DNA of 64,000 bases, taken from contig CAYUAG010000001.1 of the NCBI GenBank assembly GCA_964442615.1, positions 464-64,463 of the forward strand. Direction: 5' to 3'. The notes beneath the pieces are model-generated. The model was not told where the DNA came from. It saw only the letters and a list, made by a program, of their open reading frames with translations, and did no database searches. Below are positions 58,901-64,000 of the stretch, piece by piece (the stretch's first letter is position 1; each line of letters opens with the position of its first letter). The translations under genes were made by a program, and so were the position numbers. Origin of the DNA: an uncultured bacterium (GTDB lineage: Bacteria > Zhuqueibacterota > QNDG01 > CAYUAG01).

Positions 58901-58920
58901 AAGTTTATAGGAGTGGATAT

Positions 58921-60180
58921 ATGGATCATGATATTAAAGATATTAATTTAGCAACTGAAGGTAAAAGGCGTATTGAGTGGGCTGATCGAAATATGCCTGT
59001 TCTTGGATTGATAAGAAACAGATTCGATAAGGAGAAACCATTAAAAGGTAAATGTATGTCTTGTTGTCTTCATGTAACTGCAGAAACAGCAAATCTTGTC
59101 AGGACACTCAAGGCAGGTGGTGCAGATATTATGCTTGTTGCATCAAACCCTCTCTCAACTCAGGATGATGTAGCAGCTTCTTTGGTTAAAGATTATAATA
59201 TTAAAGTTCAGGCAATATGCGGTGAAAATAAAGAGACCTATTATAAACATATAAGAGCAGCCATAGAGCATAAACCTGTGGTTACCATGGATGATGGGGC
59301 TGATCTTATTTCTACAATCCATTTTGAATATGGTGAACAGGCAAAAGAAATTTTAGGAAGTATGGAGGAGACTACAACAGGCGTAATCCGTCTGCGGGCC
59401 ATGGAGAAGGATGGAGCCTTGAGGATACCTGTTATAGCTGTTAATGATGCAAAAACAAAAAATTTATTTGATAATAGATATGGAACAGGACAGTCTACTG
59501 TAGACGGAATAATTAGAGCAACTGATATTTTACTGGCAGGAAAGACAGTTGTTGTTGCAGGGTATGGATGGTGCGGAAGAGGATTTGCCATGCGCTGCAG
59601 AGGAATGGGATCCAATATTGTTATAACAGAAGTAGATTCAATCAAAGCAATAGAAGCTGCAATGGATGGATTCAGAGTTATGCCCATGATAGAGGCTGCA
59701 AAGATAGGAGATCTTTTTTGTACCTTAACAGGTAATATAAATGTGATAAGGAAAGAACATTTTAAACTGATGAAGGATGGAGTTTATGTGGCAAATTCTG
59801 GTCATTTTAATGTAGAGATTGATATAAAAACACTTAAGAAGATGGCAAAAGAAGAGAGAAAAGGGGTAAGAAATTTTGTTGATGGTTATGTTATGCCTGA
59901 TGGGAGAGTTATTTATCTTCTTGCAGAAGGTAGACTTATTAATCTGGCTGCTGCAGAAGGGCATCCTGCTGGAGTTATGGATATGAGCTTTTCTACCCAG
60001 GCTTTGATGGCGGAATGGGTTGTTAAGAATTCTGATTCTCTTCAGCCTAAAGTATATAATGTTACTGAAGAAATTGAAGAACAAGTGGCAAAACTAAAAT
60101 TGGAATCAATGGATATAGATATTGATGAACTTACTGAAGAACAGAAAAAGTATCTATCTTCCTGGGAGATCGGAACTTAA
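58921..60180 (+). CDS. ahcY: Adenosylhomocysteinase
   Basis: EETTTGV, NDA.TK..FDN.YG, the NAD-binding GYGWCGRG motif and the C-terminal part are typical of AhcY. Confidence 0.97.
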   Translation: MDHDIKDINLATEGKRRIEWADRNMPVLGLIRNRFDKEKPLKGKCMSCCLHVTAETANLVRTLKAGGADIMLVASNPLSTQDDVAASLVKDYNIKVQAICGENKETYYKHIRAAIEHKPVVTMDDGADLISTIHFEYGEQAKEILGSMEETTTGVIRLRAMEKDGALRIPVIAVNDAKTKNLFDNRYGTGQSTVDGIIRATDILLAGKTVVVAGYGWCGRGFAMRCRGMGSNIVITEVDSIKAIEAAMDGFRVMPMIEAAKIGDLFCTLTGNINVIRKEHFKLMKDGVYVANSGHFNVEIDIKTLKKMAKEERKGVRNFVDGYVMPDGRVIYLLAEGRLINLAAAEGHPAGVMDMSFSTQALMAEWVVKNSDSLQPKVYNVTEEIEEQVAKLKLESMDIDIDELTEEQKKYLSSWEIGT

Positions 60181-60234
60181 TTCATGTAATATTCATTAAC
60201 CACCTAAAGATGTAAAAAAATAATTATAAATGTA

Positions 60235-60307
60235 GACAGGATTGACAGGATTTATGAATTGTTACATATAATTTTGTAAATCCAGTTGATTCTGTCAATT
60301 TTTTTTT
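60235..60307 (+). terminator. Long-stem Rho-independent terminator after ahcY (stuttered word GACAGGAT)
   Basis: gacaggattgacaggattta pairs with taaatccagttgattctgtc. There are 16 Watson-Crick pairs, 3 G.U pairs (valid on the plus-strand RNA) and 1 mismatch. A T-run follows (60299..60307). Confidence 0.75.
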
Positions 60308-60364
60308 ATCTTAACGTTTTTTGTATTTTTAAATCAGACTTTTATAATATTTAGTGAGTAAAAA

Positions 60365-61219
60365 ATGAAGATAGTTCCTTTAGCTGCAGAATCAATGGGT
60401 AGCCGTTCAATGGCGACATTTATTGAAGCCAAAAAAATGTCCATAATCATTGACCCGGGAGCAGGATTAGGTAAGCTTCGTTTGGGTTATAAACCACATT
60501 CTCTGGAAAAGTGGATTTTGGAAAAACATCTTGAACGAATATATCTTTATATAAACAAAGCTGATGTTGTTATAATTTCTCATTTTCATTTTAATCATTA
60601 TATTTTTAATATACCTAATCTGTATAAAGGAAAGATTCTTTTGGTAAAAAATCCTAATAGTATGATAGGTATCAGTCAAAGAAATCAGGCCTTTGAATTT
60701 TTGAATTTTATTAGGAATTTACCAAAGGATATTATTTATGTTGATGATAGAATTTATAAGTTTGAAGATTTAAAACTAAAGTTTTCAAAACCAGTAAGAC
60801 ACAGTGGTGATGAGGATAGTGGATATGTTATTATGGTTTGTCTTAAAGAAAAGGATGAGGAATTTTTATTTATACCTGATATAGAGGTGTTCACTGATGA
60901 TGTGCTTAAATGGATTATTGATAAAAATGCTCTGGATATTATTTATACAGATGGTCCAGCAACCTATTTTTATGAGGATATTGAAAGATCAAAAGTTATC
61001 AATAATTATATCGATTCATTTAGAAGTATAATAAGAAAAACTAATATTTCAAAAATAATTATTGACCACCATATATTAAGAGATTTAAATTGGATGGAAA
61101 AAATAAAACCATTTTTGAAATTTGCCCAAAGAAAAGGGATTACAATTCAAACCGCAGCAGAATTTCGGGGAGATAAGAATAATGTTCTGGAAGCGCGACG
61201 AGATGAATTATATAAATAA
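60365..61219 (+). CDS. MBL-fold protein resembling the mostly archaeal UPF0282 family (uncertain)
   Basis: MKIVPLAAESMGSRSMATFIEAKKMSIIIDPGAGLG...VVIISHFHFNHY...IIDHHILRD. Assigned from memory of the UPF0282 pattern. The HxHxDH motif is degenerate. Confidence 0.55.
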   Translation: MKIVPLAAESMGSRSMATFIEAKKMSIIIDPGAGLGKLRLGYKPHSLEKWILEKHLERIYLYINKADVVIISHFHFNHYIFNIPNLYKGKILLVKNPNSMIGISQRNQAFEFLNFIRNLPKDIIYVDDRIYKFEDLKLKFSKPVRHSGDEDSGYVIMVCLKEKDEEFLFIPDIEVFTDDVLKWIIDKNALDIIYTDGPATYFYEDIERSKVINNYIDSFRSIIRKTNISKIIIDHHILRDLNWMEKIKPFLKFAQRKGITIQTAAEFRGDKNNVLEARRDELYK

Positions 61220-61230
61220 AATTTTATGAT

Positions 61231-62073
61231 ATGATCAATCAATATAAAAGACACGATGTGTTTAAATGCAAGCATGATGCTCATAGGAGTTTTAATGGCA
61301 GAGTCTCGGTATTTCATGTAATGTATGAGAAACAGTGTTATCCTGAGGGGTGTATTAATATTATCTGGCATTGTATTCTTAAAGAAAAAGGAAAGAAGTG
61401 TATTAAGGGATATAATTATGTGGGAAGAGAATGCAAAGGTTGTACCTATTATAGGGATGAAAAAGTTCATCTGCAACCTGAACTTCTTATAAACAACCAT
61501 GAATACAAGCAATTTTTAGATGATCTGGAAGATTTTGAGGATTGGTTGATTTCTTTAAAAAATAAGAAACTTAGTATAAGAGGGGAGATAATGTCAGTTA
61601 AACCCTGGTTTGAAGAGATTATTTTACCTAATCAAAAACAAAGAAGATTGAGAGGATATCTTTTAGTTTTAAAGGAAAATTTTATAGGAATTACCTCTTT
61701 TAAAGATTTAATTTATGTACGTCTTTCAGAAAAGATGATGAAAAGATTTAGTTTTACTCCCCAAATGCTGATTGAATTTTTTGGGGAAATAATAGTTGAT
61801 AGAGGGAGGATTATTATTAAGAAACCTCATAGGATAGAGGTTATAAAAGAAGCAACTGAAGAAACATGGAATAGGGATAGAGCTTTAGTCGCTGTGAAAA
61901 CCGCTACTAAGTTTAAACAACAGATTGATAAATGCTGGGAATGTCCCTGGGGATGTTTGGCAGATGTTAGAGATTATAGAGAAAACAAGAAAAATTTTTA
62001 CAGAAATATGTTTTGTTTAAAAGGTGTATCTAATTGGCAGGATTGTTATATTAAATCTTTTGAGTTGTTATAG
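61231..62073 (+). CDS. Cys-rich hypothetical protein (280 aa)
   Basis: The ORF starts 11 nt after the previous stop codon. Cys clusters: CKHDAH, CYPEGC, HC, CIKG...GRECKGCTYY, CWECPWGC. No family recognised. Confidence 0.5.
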   Translation: MINQYKRHDVFKCKHDAHRSFNGRVSVFHVMYEKQCYPEGCINIIWHCILKEKGKKCIKGYNYVGRECKGCTYYRDEKVHLQPELLINNHEYKQFLDDLEDFEDWLISLKNKKLSIRGEIMSVKPWFEEIILPNQKQRRLRGYLLVLKENFIGITSFKDLIYVRLSEKMMKRFSFTPQMLIEFFGEIIVDRGRIIIKKPHRIEVIKEATEETWNRDRALVAVKTATKFKQQIDKCWECPWGCLADVRDYRENKKNFYRNMFCLKGVSNWQDCYIKSFELL

Positions 62074-62193
62074 TGATAAATTATTATAGAGAATTTTTTC
62101 TATTAATTTTAGATTTTTAATAATACAAAGCTAAAGTAAGTAGGTAGGTATAGCCAAGAAAAATTTAGCAGTAGTAGCACATTTCACTAGTAA

Positions 62194-63762
62194 CTATTTC
62201 AGCAGGATCATTTTCTTTATATCAGTAAAATTACCTATTTGCATTCTGTAAAAATATATTCCTGATGATATTTGAGAACCTTCAAGTCGTATAGAATGTT
62301 TTCCAGTCTGATAAAAACTATCAGTACAGGTCATGATTTTTTCTCCTCTAAGGTTATACATTTTTATTTTTACCCAGGATGGTTTGTTTATACTGAATTG
62401 AAATGTAGTGGCAGCATTAAATGGATTGGGGAAGTTTTGATGCAGTTTATAATCATTTACTTTTACTTTACTGTTTTTAATCCCTGAGTCCTTGGTGATT
62501 TTCCAAACATGAACCAGAGGTTTGTCATTATCTGCCCCCCTTTCCATAATAAACAAATGGTTTCTTTTTCTGTCGTAACCGACTGATGAAATCCGGTATA
62601 ACTGCTGTAGGGAATCTATATTGAACAGATAGGAATCAATATTCAGAGAATCATAGGGCTGAGGATACCAGGTATCGGAAGTTCCGTGAGCAACATTAAT
62701 TAACTCTTTGGGATTAAAAAAGAGAATCTGGGCTTTAAACTTTTTACACCACCATCCTCTTTGACTGTGTGGATCATCAGGATAGGGCTCCTCCCAAAGA
62801 CTTCCATCAGGGAGACCATACCAACACTTTCCCATTCCCTTGGTACCAACAAATATTACTGCAGAACTGTTACCGCAGGTGAGCCAGGCACCTCCGATCC
62901 ATTCATCAGCTTCTTTAAAATGATTCATTTGCATACTATCACTTGTTACAATATGCTGATTACCTATCTGCTGGAAGCCGTATAACATAAGGGGAATTAC
63001 ATCTTCAATTGTGTCACCTTTTGCCAAGGTTTCCTGATAGGGATTGTAAGCAAATAGAGCTGGTCCCATACCGCTCCAGAGACCATCTCGAAACCTCCCG
63101 GAAGCAAGTCGCATCCCAGTTCCAATTTGTTCAGCTTCTGGTTCAGGTATCTCGAAAATATAATCATTAGACACATAGTTTGAATAGTTACTGAAATACC
63201 AACCTCCTTTAGATTGGAGTTTTGAGAGATCCAAGCCGCACATCATATGAGATGGATTCCTCTCATTCTCCTGAAAATGCTGTCCCCAGCAGAGATGGAG
63301 TCTGCCATCATTCTGATTATTCTGAAGTGGAAGATATTCCATTCCTACTCTGATTATTTCATAAAAGAGTTCATAACCTTTACCATCCTGAAACAAATCT
63401 AAACGCACATTATTGAAATCCTGAAGAGTCACAGCTGTATTTAGTTCCTCTAGATTGTTACATTCTGAAATAATTGGAACTGGAATACTGATTTCAGATA
63501 CATACATGTTCCAGTCATGTCCCACTCCGTAAAGAGATCCTGGATAACCATCTTCACCTCCTGCAGGATCACCTTTGGAATTATAGGTCATGGCACTTCC
63601 TCCCCAGTTCCAGCCATGTTCATAGGGAGATGTATCGGGTAATCGAAAAGCACCCTGATACTCAAGATTTTCAGAATTAATAAGCTGACTAAAACTTGGA
63701 ATAGAAAGTGACATGATACATGTATGAATTAATATTAAAAAGTTAAAATATAAAATTTTCAT
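62194..63762 (-). CDS. Secreted protein of unknown function with a T9SS C-terminal sorting domain
   Basis: Signal peptide. The C-terminus is LHQNFPNPFNAATTFQFSINKPSWVKIKMYNLRGEKI...GIYFYRMQIGNFTDIKKMILLK (TIGR04183-like). Confidence 0.7.
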   Translation of the reverse strand: MKILYFNFLILIHTCIMSLSIPSFSQLINSENLEYQGAFRLPDTSPYEHGWNWGGSAMTYNSKGDPAGGEDGYPGSLYGVGHDWNMYVSEISIPVPIISECNNLEELNTAVTLQDFNNVRLDLFQDGKGYELFYEIIRVGMEYLPLQNNQNDGRLHLCWGQHFQENERNPSHMMCGLDLSKLQSKGGWYFSNYSNYVSNDYIFEIPEPEAEQIGTGMRLASGRFRDGLWSGMGPALFAYNPYQETLAKGDTIEDVIPLMLYGFQQIGNQHIVTSDSMQMNHFKEADEWIGGAWLTCGNSSAVIFVGTKGMGKCWYGLPDGSLWEEPYPDDPHSQRGWWCKKFKAQILFFNPKELINVAHGTSDTWYPQPYDSLNIDSYLFNIDSLQQLYRISSVGYDRKRNHLFIMERGADNDKPLVHVWKITKDSGIKNSKVKVNDYKLHQNFPNPFNAATTFQFSINKPSWVKIKMYNLRGEKIMTCTDSFYQTGKHSIRLEGSQISSGIYFYRMQIGNFTDIKKMILLK

Positions 63763-64000
63763 GATTTACCTTCTTCTGCTAGTTAAAAAATTACCATTTT
63801 TAGGTAATTATAAGATAGTATATGTTACAAATGTTTGTTTTTCAAAAAATCATAACATCCACATTATATTTTCTGATAATTGTAATGCAATATACATACC
63901 AAAAATTTTAATAGGTAAAAGATTTTATACAAGCATCTTCATTTAATAGAAAAAAATAAAAAAATTATTTTATTATACTTGACATTTTATAATTTTATTA

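Noticed and set aside
59241-60084. Two long minus-strand ORFs (148 aa and 119 aa) inside ahcY
   Set aside because: They are antisense to a highly conserved, full-length AhcY gene. They have no RBS or recognisable motifs. These are typical antisense shadow ORFs in a locally GC-richer gene. The same reasoning applies to 54220..54543, 41471..41824, 32017..32313, 32580..32867 and 61147..61512.
63979-64000. TTGACA promoter at the right edge
   Set aside because: The -35-like hexamer (63979..63984) is present, but the -10 region would fall beyond the window, so it cannot be evaluated.

Overview
This is a low-GC chromosomal segment (roughly 30-35% by eye, with some genes richer) from a Gram-negative bacterium. 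It is probably an uncultivated member of the FCB superphylum. The window has a SusC/SusD pair, two secreted proteins with TIGR04183-like T9SS C-terminal sorting domains, MacB/FtsX permease paralogs and a short RpoD-type sigma factor. It also has conspicuous TTGACA-N17-TATAAT promoters and frequent AGGAGG ribosome-binding sites, which argues against classical Bacteroidia. No rRNA, tRNA, CRISPR, transposase, integrase or phage genes were seen.

Gene content, left to right:
- 1-8.9 kb, minus strand: HlyD adaptor, two ABC ATPases and two MacB-like permeases, behind a candidate sigma-54 promoter.
- 9.2-13.3 kb: a divergent sigma-54 activator, then a PP2C sensor, then a histidine kinase.
- 13.5-18.2 kb: an uncharacterised envelope cluster.
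- 18.5-24.9 kb: rpoD-like sigma factor, C69 dipeptidase, MATE transporter, HDOD protein and HutI.
- 25.4-30.3 kb: SusC/SusD.
- 31.3-34.9 kb: NfeD, SPFH protein, a small membrane protein and a GNAT-like protein.
- 35.1-40.9 kb: AddA/AddB-like helicase-nuclease pair.
- 41.3-45.2 kb: FadL-like porin, then a membrane protein with a winged-helix regulator.
- 45.4-50.7 kb: DtxR-family regulator, feoA, feoB, an AmmeMemoRadiSam-type radical SAM enzyme and a PP2C phosphatase.
- 50.8-53.3 kb: a small lipoprotein and a T9SS metalloprotease.
- 53.8-60.2 kb: IDI-2, polyprenyl synthase, HPr, PGI/PMI, MetK and AhcY.
- 60.4-63.8 kb: an UPF0282-like MBL-fold protein, a Cys-rich protein and a second T9SS cargo.

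Most notable non-coding observations:
1. A family of long imperfect hairpins made of stuttered short words occupies intercistronic gaps. One of them carries a four-helix-bundle (23S rRNA IVS/Avd-like) ORF in its loop.
2. The SusC leader contains tandem near-perfect complements of the 16S rRNA 3' tail.
3. The same 2TM-PAS input module is duplicated on a PP2C phosphatase and on a histidine kinase.
4. A ~168 nt closed-helix RNA candidate lies in a 0.9 kb gene-free gap.
5. Three genes are broken by single-nucleotide lesions.

All calls come from reading the sequence and ORF translations by eye. No database search was run.
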